Source: Candidatus Omnitrophota bacterium (GTDB taxonomy: Bacteria; Omnitrophota; Gorgyraeia; JAGLLT01). Taken from it: a stretch of DNA of 64,000 nt. Positions 19,800 to 29,581 of the stretch are shown here, in pieces. Below the pieces are notes generated by a model, which saw only the letters and a program-made list of their open reading frames with translations, did no database searches and was not told the origin of the DNA. The translations under genes and the position numbers were made by a program. Location of the stretch: the NCBI GenBank assembly GCA_030632085.1, contig DAOVJY010000001.1:271402-335401 (forward strand). Direction: 5' to 3'. Each line of letters begins with the position of its first letter. The first letter of the stretch is position 1.

Positions 19800-21107
19800 T
19801 TAAAACTCAATACTTAATAAACTCTCTTCTGATTCATCAACACCATTATCTTCTAAATTCTCACCCACACAATAGATTATTTTATCTTTTTTTGAATATT
19901 TGATTGGTTCGCCGTTATATGGATCTATTGGAACCTGGTCAAAATAAGCAGGTACAAGCTCATCCAGACTCTCGGGTAACTGTCCACACTCATCCTTGTA
20001 GGCCTTTAAAGCAATGAGGATTTGGGTAGTGCGTAGTTCAAAAATGTCTTTGTATTTCTGAGCAATACCCATCTCTAAGCCTGGTATACATAAAGTACAA
20101 GTAAGTTCACCCCAAAAGTTTTCTGTATACCACATTTCGCGTATCTGTTCAGGCATCCAATCTTTCGTTTCCCAGGCCTGCGCAAACTGTTCTGGATTGT
20201 CAATTTTTCCCAGGCCTTCAAAATATTGACTTGCATTTTCTATAGTTATGTCAAGATTAATAAATTTGACGTCTTTATAGTATCTTTTGCCAGCATTTTC
20301 AATTAAAATTCTAGTTATATCAGCAAATTTTCTCTTGGTTTTATTGGGCTTGAAGTAAACTTTAGTTAATAATTTCTTATACATCGACTTGTTTTTAGCC
20401 TCTTTAGCACTTCCTTTTGCAATAATGTTTATAGTCCACAACATAATATACTTATACTCCACCTGACATACCTGCTTCAGAGCTTCTTTGCTATCTTCAT
20501 ATTGGGTAAGTTGTCTAATTATGCTTTTATATTCTTTTTTGGATAAATTTATCTCAGAGTTTATTTTTAAAACCTCCTTAGTTCCTATGCTTTTGATAAC
20601 TGATCCTATCATATAATTAACCAAACCACCTTTTGCATGTTGTATCATATCTCCAAATTTAATAACTCTGAATATTTCATCAAGAGTCACTTTTTGCTCG
20701 CCTTGCTTTATAAGATATTTTGATTTTAAAATAGAAAGTTGAGCTATATTTAGCCATGAGAAAATATAATCTAATGGTTCTATTAAACCTTGAGTGTATT
20801 CAGGCACCTGGAATTTATCCTTGGTTAAACCTTCTTCAAAATACTCAAAAGTTTTTTTATTTTTATCAAGTATTTCTTTTGCAAATTCCACATCCTCATC
20901 TTTTATACCCTCTTCTAACATTTCATATATTCTATCTTTTTCACTTTCCGGAAAATACATCGCTTGATTTGCTTTATCAAAATAATAAAAAGCGTTTTGT
21001 TTTTGAGGGATGTCTTCATAAATCAAGGCAAGATCAGAATCATCAATTGGGAGCATATCCAAAGTTAGATAAATTACACCACCGATTACAATAAGAATGG
21101 CCGTCAT
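19800..21107 (-). CDS. Hypothetical protein with an N-terminal TM anchor
   Basis: A 435-aa ORF with a single N-terminal hydrophobic helix and no recognisable motifs. It lies between the tsaC::ptp fusion and rpiB. Confidence 0.5.
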   Translation of the reverse strand: MTAILIVIGGVIYLTLDMLPIDDSDLALIYEDIPQKQNAFYYFDKANQAMYFPESEKDRIYEMLEEGIKDEDVEFAKEILDKNKKTFEYFEEGLTKDKFQVPEYTQGLIEPLDYIFSWLNIAQLSILKSKYLIKQGEQKVTLDEIFRVIKFGDMIQHAKGGLVNYMIGSVIKSIGTKEVLKINSEINLSKKEYKSIIRQLTQYEDSKEALKQVCQVEYKYIMLWTINIIAKGSAKEAKNKSMYKKLLTKVYFKPNKTKRKFADITRILIENAGKRYYKDVKFINLDITIENASQYFEGLGKIDNPEQFAQAWETKDWMPEQIREMWYTENFWGELTCTLCIPGLEMGIAQKYKDIFELRTTQILIALKAYKDECGQLPESLDELVPAYFDQVPIDPYNGEPIKYSKKDKIIYCVGENLEDNGVDESEESLLSIEF

Positions 21108-21150
21108 TATAATTATAATTATTGTTTTTCTTATCTTCTTTTCCTTTTCT

Positions 21151-22239
21151 TTAAATAAAATCCTTAATCCTTAAAATCTCTTTTTTAATCTCTTCGACTA
21201 CTCTTTCATAAACTTCCAGGCTTTGACCTATTGGATCAGCAATTTCAAAATTAGTCCCGCCGGATGAATCTTTATATTTCCTTAAAAGAAATACCTTGTC
21301 GCTTATTTCCGGAAGAACGTCCAAAATATAATTTTTATGCCTTGTTTGCATAACTAAAATAACGTCGGCTCTTTTAATCATTCCCAAAGTTATATGTTTG
21401 CTTCTTTCGCCTGAAACATCAATCTGTTCCCTTTGCATAACTTCTATGGTTTCCTTAGTGGGAGCAAATCCGTTAATAGCCGCCGTCCCGGCGGAATCAA
21501 CAATAACCTCTTTGCGATGCTCTAATACTTTTTTAAGAAAACCCTTGGCCATAACACTGCGGCAACTGTTTCCCGTACAAATCACAAGTACATTTTTTAC
21601 CTTTAAGAACTTACCTTCAGCCGAAAATTCTTTATTTAACTGCCTGCTGTCAATAACCCCTTCTCTTAAAACCAAATAAGGCTCCTGAGTTAGGTCAACA
21701 ATAGCTGACTCCACCTCATTAGCCCCACTTTCAACCTCAATAATCCCTTCAATAATTCCCTCGAAACTTACAATTACATCCTGAACACCTCTGGGTGCCG
21801 GCTCTCCCGAGAAGTTCGCGCTAGGAACATATAAAGGCAAGCCGCACTCCCTTAAAACCTCCAGGGCAATCTCATCCCGGGGTATTCTAAAGGCCAACTT
21901 ATCTTTATTCTTGCTTTTTAATATTATTGTAAGGGGTCCCGGCCAGAACTTATTCATCAGAACCCGGGCATCTTCATTAATTTCAACATTAAATTCATCC
22001 AACTTGTCTATAGATGAAATCTGAATGACAAAAGGTTTTGTTAATGGCCGGCGTTTTATATCATAAAGTCTCTTGACCGCTTCCTTGTTTCGGCTACTCA
22101 CCGCCAGGCCGTAAACCGTATCTGTCGGCAGCGCTAAAAGTCCGCCTGATATTAATATTTCAGAGGCCCGCTTTATTTTATCAGCATCAATCTTTTCATA
22201 ATCCAGTTTAAATATCTGTGTTTTAGGCATCTGCTTCAC
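21151..22239 (-). CDS. Fusion of L-threonylcarbamoyladenylate synthase (TsaC/YrdC/YwlC) with a low-molecular-weight protein phosphatase (YwlE-like)
   Basis: The N-terminal domain has the YrdC motifs LLALPTDTVYGLAV. The C-terminal domain has the LMW-PTP P-loop VLVICTGNSCRS and a DSAGT motif. Confidence 0.8.
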   Translation of the reverse strand: MKQMPKTQIFKLDYEKIDADKIKRASEILISGGLLALPTDTVYGLAVSSRNKEAVKRLYDIKRRPLTKPFVIQISSIDKLDEFNVEINEDARVLMNKFWPGPLTIILKSKNKDKLAFRIPRDEIALEVLRECGLPLYVPSANFSGEPAPRGVQDVIVSFEGIIEGIIEVESGANEVESAIVDLTQEPYLVLREGVIDSRQLNKEFSAEGKFLKVKNVLVICTGNSCRSVMAKGFLKKVLEHRKEVIVDSAGTAAINGFAPTKETIEVMQREQIDVSGERSKHITLGMIKRADVILVMQTRHKNYILDVLPEISDKVFLLRKYKDSSGGTNFEIADPIGQSLEVYERVVEEIKKEILRIKDFI

Positions 22240-23035
22240 CGGTCTGCAAACAATAAACCTTCTTTAAGAACCCGGCTACCGCTTTTACATTTTTAAGCTT
22301 ATACATTGCCTTTGATTTCTTGTTAGTACCTATATGGATACTTACATCTCTTTTGCTCATCACCTCAAAAACATCTTCATCGGTTACATCATCACCCAAA
22401 TATATCAATACGGGCGCTTCCTTAAGATGCATTTTTTTAAGCTTTAAAACAGCCGTACCTTTATTTTGATTTTGCGGCAGCCTTATCTCCAACACCTTCT
22501 TGCCCTTCGTAACCCTCACCAACTTCTTTTTTTCAATTTCATGAGTAACCTCACCGAAAATCCTTTTAGCTATCAAGGCATTCTTCTTATCGGCCATACG
22601 ATAATGTAAGCTGAGTGAATACTTTTTATCTTCTAACCAAACACCTTCATAGGGCTTTATCTTTTTTCTTAAAATACCAACTATATCTTTAAGCAACTTA
22701 AGTGATTTTTTTATTTTATTCTCAGATAAAATTTCTACTTTGCGGCTCTTTGGTTTTTTTAATTCTAAGCCATGGTTACCCACATAATAGACATCCTTCA
22801 ATTTAAGATGCTTTTTTACATCAGCTACCGGCCGGCCACTGACAAAACCCAAAATGATTCCTTTGGTTCTATTCAGTTTTTTTAGGATGGATTTAATATC
22901 TCTATCTACTTCGACTAAATCGGGATGGTTTACTATGGGGCATAAAGTACCATCAAAGTCTAGAAGAAGAAATATGGAGGTACTTTTTTTAATTTTCGCG
23001 GATACGGTTTTCCAGCTCTTAAATAAATCCTTCAT
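22223..23035 (-). CDS. otsB: Trehalose-6-phosphate phosphatase (HAD family)
   Basis: FLLLDFDGTLCPIV is the HAD motif I. The gene is adjacent to otsA. Confidence 0.8.
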   Translation of the reverse strand: MKDLFKSWKTVSAKIKKSTSIFLLLDFDGTLCPIVNHPDLVEVDRDIKSILKKLNRTKGIILGFVSGRPVADVKKHLKLKDVYYVGNHGLELKKPKSRKVEILSENKIKKSLKLLKDIVGILRKKIKPYEGVWLEDKKYSLSLHYRMADKKNALIAKRIFGEVTHEIEKKKLVRVTKGKKVLEIRLPQNQNKGTAVLKLKKMHLKEAPVLIYLGDDVTDEDVFEVMSKRDVSIHIGTNKKSKAMYKLKNVKAVAGFLKKVYCLQTGEADA

Positions 23036-23039
23036 TTTT

Positions 23040-24521
23040 TTAGTATAGATAAAATTTTGATAATTCCAAAATAACGGTTGCCGCCCATTTATAAATATTA
23101 TTTTCAGAAACTATATCTCTTAGAACTTTCATTCTCTTTTCTTTTTCTTTGGCGGACATGTCTATAGAGCACTTCAAAGCTTCTACAAATTCATTAATAT
23201 TATAAGGGTTAATAAAAATAGCCTCCTGTAATTCTCGGGCAGAGCCGGTAAACTGGCTTAAAATAACCGTTCCCTTGTTATCAAACTTCGAGGCAATATA
23301 TTCTTTGGCGACTAAATTCATGCCATCATGCAGTGAGCTAATAACAATAACATCAGAAATACGGTAAAAAGCCAAGATATCCTTATAAGGAATGAACTCC
23401 TTTGAAAAAACAATAGGCGCCCATTCACTCGTCGAATGTTTCCAGTTGATTTCACCTACCAAGCGGTTAATTTCACTGTTAATGTTCGCGTACGACTTTA
23501 AAAGAATACGGCTGACAGCTCCAATCTGCACAAAAACAACTTTTTCTTTATATTGCGGGTATTTATCCAGGAACTTATCAAAAGCAATAAGTCTCTCCGG
23601 AATACCTTTAGTATAATCAATCCTGTCACAGCCCAGGAATATGATTTTATTTTCTAAGGATAGTTCTTTTTTAAGCTCGTTAGCTCTTTCTTCAGTTTCT
23701 TTTGAGGTTACCTGGTTCTCGATATCCTGAGCATCAACACTTATAGGAAATGACCTAACCAGAGTTTCGTGGCCTTCTTTGATAATAGAGTTTCTTTCCC
23801 TGTCGGTTTTGGCCTCCACTTCTCTCTCAACCGTATCAATAAAGTTATCAGCATGGTACCTGATGTGAAAACCAACCATATCATTAGCTAAAATCCCATC
23901 AATAATTTCTTTCCTAAAGGGACAAATTCTAAAAACTTCCGGATTAGGCCAGGGTATATGCCAGAAATAAGCGCAGATGACGTGGGGATTTTTCTCTTTG
24001 ATGTATTTGGCAACCAGAGCCATATGAAAATCCTGCAGCCAGACAATAGTCTTCTTTTTATCTGAATGATTAATCTCACTTAAAACGGCATCAGCAAATT
24101 TCTTATTAACCTTTTTATACTGTTGCCAGTCGCTTTCTCTAAAAACCGGCCTGGTATAAGAAATGTGGCATAAAGGCCAGAGCGTCTCATTGGCAAAGCC
24201 ATAATAATAACCTTTTTCTTCTTCCTTATCAAGCCAGACCCTTTTTAGAGTATATCGCGGGTTTTCAACCGGTACTTTAATTTTTCCGTCTCTATCAACT
24301 ACTTTTTTATCACCGTTACCGCTTCCATGCGCAATCCAAGTGCCACCACAGGCTTTCATAATTGGATCAAGCGCGGTTACAGCGCCGCCGGTCGGCCTCC
24401 AAACAACAATCTTATCCTCTTTCATAATATGGATATAGGGCTCTCTATTAGAGACAACTATCAGGTTGTACTCTCCTAATTCACTTACAATTGTATTTTT
24501 TAAATCCTCTTTTGTATACAT
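23040..24521 (-). CDS. otsA: Alpha,alpha-trehalose-phosphate synthase (GT20)
   Basis: LIVVSNREPY...FANETLWPLCHI and the conserved GT20 C-terminal domain. Confidence 0.85.
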   Translation of the reverse strand: MYTKEDLKNTIVSELGEYNLIVVSNREPYIHIMKEDKIVVWRPTGGAVTALDPIMKACGGTWIAHGSGNGDKKVVDRDGKIKVPVENPRYTLKRVWLDKEEEKGYYYGFANETLWPLCHISYTRPVFRESDWQQYKKVNKKFADAVLSEINHSDKKKTIVWLQDFHMALVAKYIKEKNPHVICAYFWHIPWPNPEVFRICPFRKEIIDGILANDMVGFHIRYHADNFIDTVEREVEAKTDRERNSIIKEGHETLVRSFPISVDAQDIENQVTSKETEERANELKKELSLENKIIFLGCDRIDYTKGIPERLIAFDKFLDKYPQYKEKVVFVQIGAVSRILLKSYANINSEINRLVGEINWKHSTSEWAPIVFSKEFIPYKDILAFYRISDVIVISSLHDGMNLVAKEYIASKFDNKGTVILSQFTGSARELQEAIFINPYNINEFVEALKCSIDMSAKEKEKRMKVLRDIVSENNIYKWAATVILELSKFYLY

Positions 24522-25573
24522 TAAGTTTTATTTTCCTTCATATAAACGTCTGTAATGGGAAATGGAATAATAATGTTTTCTTTATTATACCTTGCGTGTA
24601 AACGCTTAATAAATTCATGCTTAATGAGATAATTATCCACGAACTCCTTGCACCTTAAAATAACTGAAAAGTTAATACTAAAATCATCAAAGGTATGATA
24701 CCTGATAAAAGGCTTAAATTCTATAACTCCACCCTGAATTTCTTTTAAAGTTTCTTCTCCTACTTCGATAGTTACTCTTTCCACCTTCTTTAAATCACTC
24801 TCATAATGAACGCCCACCTGGATTAAAACCGACATTTCCGTCTCAGGCATATAATAATTAGTAAGAACCGATTGGCCCAGTTTTGAATTTGGAATTATAA
24901 CAATATTGTTCGGCAGCATTCTCACTTTAGTTGCCCTCCAACCGATATCAACTACATAGCCTTCCTCTCCGCTTTCAAGTTTAATAAAATCACCAATTCT
25001 TACGTGCTTGGCGATGGTCACATATATACCGCTAAAAATATTAGTTAACGTTTCCTGTAGGGCTAAAGCCACAGCAATACCACCAACACCCAGAGTACCT
25101 AAAATAGGCGTAATAGAAATACCTAAGGAACGCAGAATAATTAAGGAACCAATTAAAAAGATAACCATGCGGGTAATATTCTTGGTAAGGCTGCTTATCG
25201 CCAAGGCGCCTTCCTCTTTTTCAGCTAAAAGACTTAAAGCCGTTGAGAATATATTAGCCGCCGCTACAGTTATAGTTAAAATCACAGCTGTGATGAGTAA
25301 CTTACCCATGAAGTTGGTCTGGGTAACAGCTATGCCCCACATATCAAGGGCAATATATAAACCTATGATAAAAGCCCAGAAAGGAAGCCAGCGCCTTAAG
25401 TTCTCAATTAAAACATCATCCCATTTAATCCTGGTCCTCTTAACCCAGGCCAATAGATATTTTGATACCAAAAATCTTAAAATAACGCCCAATAACAAAG
25501 AAAGGGCGATAACTAATAACGGTAATACCGCTTTAAATGTAGGATTTTCAATTATAGACTGGAAGTTCTGCAT
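24521..25573 (-). CDS. Mechanosensitive ion channel, MscS family
   Basis: Three N-terminal TM helices, an MscS pore helix and a beta-domain (GDFIKLESGEEGYVVDIGWRATKVR). Confidence 0.85.
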   Translation of the reverse strand: MQNFQSIIENPTFKAVLPLLVIALSLLLGVILRFLVSKYLLAWVKRTRIKWDDVLIENLRRWLPFWAFIIGLYIALDMWGIAVTQTNFMGKLLITAVILTITVAAANIFSTALSLLAEKEEGALAISSLTKNITRMVIFLIGSLIILRSLGISITPILGTLGVGGIAVALALQETLTNIFSGIYVTIAKHVRIGDFIKLESGEEGYVVDIGWRATKVRMLPNNIVIIPNSKLGQSVLTNYYMPETEMSVLIQVGVHYESDLKKVERVTIEVGEETLKEIQGGVIEFKPFIRYHTFDDFSINFSVILRCKEFVDNYLIKHEFIKRLHARYNKENIIIPFPITDVYMKENKT

Positions 25574-25645
25574 AAAACACCTCTTTAATTACTTTTACTT
25601 ACACTATAACAATTACTTATACTTAAAATCAAGGAAAACCTTAAA

Positions 25646-26128
25646 TTAAAACTTTATTTTAAGTATAGCTTTAGCCATTTCTTTCTTGTGGCTTTCAAGT
25701 TTTTTCGCAAGTTTAGTATCCAAAAGGGCTAAAATCTCTATGGCATATAAAGCCGCATTCTTAGCCCCCGTAGAACCAATAGCCATACAAGCCACCGGTA
25801 CACCGGAGGGCATCTGGACCGTTGAAAACAAGGAGTCAATGCCTTTTAAATCCCTGGTGTCCATAGGTACACCAATAACCGGCAAAATAGTATGTGCCGC
25901 GATTACTCCGGCTAAATGAGCCGCCTTACCGGCCAAGGCAATAATAACTTTAATGCCTTTGCCTTTTGCTTTTTCTATATAAATAGCTGTAGCTTTTGGA
26001 GTCCTATGAGCGGATAAAACCTTCATCTCATATTGAACTTTAAAATCTTTCAAAATTTTTTCTGCCTCTTGTGCAACTTTTAAATCAGACTTACTACCCA
26101 TAATAATAGCTACATCAACTTTTTTCAT
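25646..26128 (-). CDS. purE: N5-carboxyaminoimidazole ribonucleotide mutase
   Basis: VAIIMGSKSDL...SAHRTP...GVPM motifs. Confidence 0.9.
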   Translation of the reverse strand: MKKVDVAIIMGSKSDLKVAQEAEKILKDFKVQYEMKVLSAHRTPKATAIYIEKAKGKGIKVIIALAGKAAHLAGVIAAHTILPVIGVPMDTRDLKGIDSLFSTVQMPSGVPVACMAIGSTGAKNAALYAIEILALLDTKLAKKLESHKKEMAKAILKIKF

Positions 26129-26140
26129 AAAAATCTCCTT

Positions 26141-26479
26141 CTACGAAACCATACTGCCAATAAACATTAACCCTAAAATAAGCAGGATTAAACAACCGTT
26201 AAAAATAAGGCCTAAAACTCCGAATAATTTCTTGGCCTTATTCTGAACAACCGCCGCAATACCCAGGCCAATACCAACTAAGTTGGCAAACATCCCCAGC
26301 ATGATCAACATCCCAACCACCATCACAACAGCTGAAGCATCACTCATCTGACCCTGAACCTCTAAAACACCGGCTGAAATAATAACAAAAAATTCGATAA
26401 CACCGGCAATCAATGAAATTACAAATGAAGCTACTCCTAAACCGGAATGTTTTAAAATATCATTTGCACTGTTTTCCAT
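26141..26479 (-). CDS. Small polytopic membrane protein, hypothetical, embedded in the pur operon
   Basis: 112 aa with 3-4 hydrophobic helices and no motif. Confidence 0.4.
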   Translation of the reverse strand: MENSANDILKHSGLGVASFVISLIAGVIEFFVIISAGVLEVQGQMSDASAVVMVVGMLIMLGMFANLVGIGLGIAAVVQNKAKKLFGVLGLIFNGCLILLILGLMFIGSMVS

Positions 26480-26496
26480 TCTTTTAACTCCTCTTT

Positions 26497-27768
26497 TTAT
26501 CTACTTACAGCTTTACGGCCAATATCTTTTCTATAATACATTTTATCGAAAAATATAAGCTCAACCGCCTTATAGGCCTTATCAATAGCTTGAGCTATAT
26601 CATCCCCTAAAGCTGTCACACCAAGCACTCTGCCGCCGCTGGTATAAAACTTATTACTTTCTTTTTTGGTGCCGGCATGATAAACAATTACATCTTTTTG
26701 TTTAGCGGCTTTATTCAAACCCGTAATTTCTTTTCCTTTTTCATAACTGCCCGGATAACCGCCCGAAGCAATAACTACACAAATACAACTTCTCTTATCC
26801 CACTTAATTTCAATTTCATCTAATTTACCGTCAACCGTTGCCTCTAAAGCTTCAAGAAAATCTGATTCTATTCTGGTTAAAACCGCCTGAGTCTCCGGAT
26901 CTCCGAAGCGAACATTATATTCTAAAAGCCGGGGGCCGTCATCTGTCATCATCAGCCCGGCATAAAGAACACCTTTATAATTTATACCTTCTTCTTTAAG
27001 AGCGTTAATGGTTGGACGGATTATATCTCTCATGATTTCATCATATAAACCATCATCTATAATTGGAGCTGGCGAATATGCACCCATGCCGCCCGTATTA
27101 GGGCCTCTGTCTTCATCGTAAATTTGTTTATGATCCTGGCTGGTTGCCAAAGGGCAGATATTGTCTCCGTCACATAAAACCAGAATAGAAACTTCTTCTC
27201 CGTAAAGACGTTCTTCGACGGTAATTCTTTTTCCGGCATCTCCAAAGGCTTTATCCTGCATCATTAAATCTACGGCTTTTTTAGCCTCACATCTGTCCGC
27301 GGCTACAACTACGCCTTTACCGGCGGCCAAACCATCAGCCTTAACAACCTGAGGTTTATCACATTTATCAATATAAGCCTTGGCCTTTTTAGGATCATCA
27401 AAAACCATATAGCCGGCTGTGGGGATATTATATTTTCTGCATAACTCCTTGGTAAAAACTTTACTAGCTTCTAAAGAAGCGGCTTTTTTGTTAGGGCCGA
27501 ATATCCTTAAATTTCTTTCTTGAAAAAGATCCACGACACCTTTAACTAAGGGAGCTTCGGGCCCGACAATAGTCAAGTCAATTTCATTCTCCGCGGCAAA
27601 GTCAGCCAGCTTCTCTATCTCATCCGCCTTAATATTAACAACTTCAGCTATATCTTCTATGCCTCCGTTACCCGGGGCAACATAAATTTTAGATAATTTT
27701 CTACTTTGTGAAATCTTCTCGACCAAGGCATGTTCTCTTCCGCCCGAGCCAACAACCAGTACTTTCAT
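26497..27768 (-). CDS. purD: Phosphoribosylamine--glycine ligase
   Basis: MKVLVVGSGGREHAL... with an ATP-grasp fold. Confidence 0.9.
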   Translation of the reverse strand: MKVLVVGSGGREHALVEKISQSRKLSKIYVAPGNGGIEDIAEVVNIKADEIEKLADFAAENEIDLTIVGPEAPLVKGVVDLFQERNLRIFGPNKKAASLEASKVFTKELCRKYNIPTAGYMVFDDPKKAKAYIDKCDKPQVVKADGLAAGKGVVVAADRCEAKKAVDLMMQDKAFGDAGKRITVEERLYGEEVSILVLCDGDNICPLATSQDHKQIYDEDRGPNTGGMGAYSPAPIIDDGLYDEIMRDIIRPTINALKEEGINYKGVLYAGLMMTDDGPRLLEYNVRFGDPETQAVLTRIESDFLEALEATVDGKLDEIEIKWDKRSCICVVIASGGYPGSYEKGKEITGLNKAAKQKDVIVYHAGTKKESNKFYTSGGRVLGVTALGDDIAQAIDKAYKAVELIFFDKMYYRKDIGRKAVSR

Positions 27769-27781
27769 ATAACTTTTCTTT

Positions 27782-28777
27782 CTATCCGATTATAACTGAT
27801 TTCTTATTTGATTTCCTGCACATACCGATAATATAAGCATCAGTTTTTTCTTCCTTTAAAATTCGAAGAGCCTTATCGGCTTCTTTTTTTGAAACCACAA
27901 CCACCATGCCTATGCCCATATTAAAAGTACGGTACATTTCTTTCATTGAAGCCTTGGTTTTTTCCTTAAGCAAAGTGAAAACCTCGGATACCGGCCAGCT
28001 GCTCTTAAAAATTTCGCAGGTTATTGCCTTTGGTAATATCCTGATAATATTATCAAAAAATCCCCCTCCGGTTATATGAGCAATCCCTTTAATTTTTACT
28101 TTATCTTTTAGTTTCAAGATGGGTTTTACATATAATCGCGTTGGCCTATAAAATAATTTTTTATTGGCCTTAATATACTTTAGAGAAAAAGCCTTTCTTA
28201 CAAACGAGTAACCGTTAGAGTGGATTCCGTTTGAAGCCAGACCAATAATTACATCGCCATTTTTTATTTTTGAACCGTCTATGATTTCTTTTTTATCTAC
28301 TAACCCTACACAAAAACCGGCCGCGTCATATTCATCGTTTTCATAAAAACCGGGCATCTGCGCCGTCTCACCACCAAGAATAACGCAACCGGACTCTTTA
28401 CAAGCTTTAGAAATTCCTTTAATAAAGGCTGTTAAATCTTTTAGCTTAAGGCTGCTTGAGGAAACATAGTCCAGAAAAAATAAAGGCTTGGCTCCACAGG
28501 CTATCAAGTCATTAACGTTCATGGCTACCAAATCAATACCCGCCGTCTCATGCTCACCTATATAAAAAGCCAGCTTCAATTTCGTCCCTACACCATCACA
28601 ACTGGCGGCCAAAATAGGTTGCTTAATCTTTTTTAAATCCAATTGATAGAAACCGGAAAAACCCCCGATAGAACCCAAAACAGCCGGGTTACTGGTTTTG
28701 GCAAGGCTTTTAATTGAAGCGATAAGTTTATCCGCTTTAGCAATATCAACGCCTGATTTTTTATAAGTTAATGCCAT
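27782..28777 (-). CDS. purM: Phosphoribosylformylglycinamidine cyclo-ligase (AIR synthetase)
   Basis: The PurM N- and C-domains (GGFSGFY..., DGVGTKL). Confidence 0.9.
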   Translation of the reverse strand: MALTYKKSGVDIAKADKLIASIKSLAKTSNPAVLGSIGGFSGFYQLDLKKIKQPILAASCDGVGTKLKLAFYIGEHETAGIDLVAMNVNDLIACGAKPLFFLDYVSSSSLKLKDLTAFIKGISKACKESGCVILGGETAQMPGFYENDEYDAAGFCVGLVDKKEIIDGSKIKNGDVIIGLASNGIHSNGYSFVRKAFSLKYIKANKKLFYRPTRLYVKPILKLKDKVKIKGIAHITGGGFFDNIIRILPKAITCEIFKSSWPVSEVFTLLKEKTKASMKEMYRTFNMGIGMVVVVSKKEADKALRILKEEKTDAYIIGMCRKSNKKSVIIG

Positions 28778-28800
28778 TTCTGTCCCCTGTTGTAAATAAA

Positions 28801-29580
28801 CTATAATAAATTATTCTTAACATAATTAATCGCGTTCTTAAAGATTATATTGCCGTCAAGCGGCTTGGCGTCTTTTAATCTTTGAGCTCTGGGGTTGTGA
28901 TTCAAAATTAAAAACCTTTCCGGATGCGGCATAAGACCGAAAATCCTGCCTGTTTTATCACATATACCGGCGATATCATCCATCGAACCGTTAGGATTAT
29001 CGGGATAACTCCCCGTCTCGCCTTGGGCATTTACATATTTAAAAACAATTTGGTTATTATCACTCAAGGATTTAATAACTTCTTTATCCGCCATGAACTT
29101 ACCCTCGGCGTGAGCTATAGGCAATTCCATTAAATCCTTAATATTTTTGGTCCAAATGCAGGGACTATCAGGATTGGCTTTTAAGTATATCCACCTATCT
29201 TCAAACTTACAGCTGTCATTTAAATTCAAGGTAGCTGCCTGGCTAAAGGTATCTTTATTGGGCAAAAGCCCCGATTTAACCAATACCTGAAATCCATTAC
29301 AAATACCGATTATCAACTTGCCATCATTTATAAATTTCAAAACGCAATCTTTTAAATTAAATTTGAGTTCATTAGCCAGAATCCTGCCGGAGGCAATATC
29401 ATCACCATAAGTAAACCCGCCGGGTATAGCCAGAATATGATATGAAGATAACTTTTTCTTTTTATTCTTAAGCTGATTAATATGAACTAATTCAACTTCA
29501 GCGCCCTGCCTAATAAAAGCTTCGACTGTTTCTCTATCGCAATTGGTACCCGCCGCGCGTATGACTATTACTTTAATCAT
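28801..29580 (-). CDS. purQ: Phosphoribosylformylglycinamidine synthase, glutaminase subunit
   Basis: A class I glutamine amidotransferase with GICNGFQ (catalytic Cys). It is adjacent to purL. Confidence 0.85.
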   Translation of the reverse strand: MIKVIVIRAAGTNCDRETVEAFIRQGAEVELVHINQLKNKKKKLSSYHILAIPGGFTYGDDIASGRILANELKFNLKDCVLKFINDGKLIIGICNGFQVLVKSGLLPNKDTFSQAATLNLNDSCKFEDRWIYLKANPDSPCIWTKNIKDLMELPIAHAEGKFMADKEVIKSLSDNNQIVFKYVNAQGETGSYPDNPNGSMDDIAGICDKTGRIFGLMPHPERFLILNHNPRAQRLKDAKPLDGNIIFKNAINYVKNNLL

Positions 29581-29581
29581 T

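Noticed and set aside
25008-25649. 213-aa plus-strand ORF, and the many similar plus-strand ORFs in the track
   Set aside because: These ORFs are fully antisense to well-supported minus-strand genes (here mscS). Their translations are low-complexity. They are shadow ORFs typical of AT-rich DNA.
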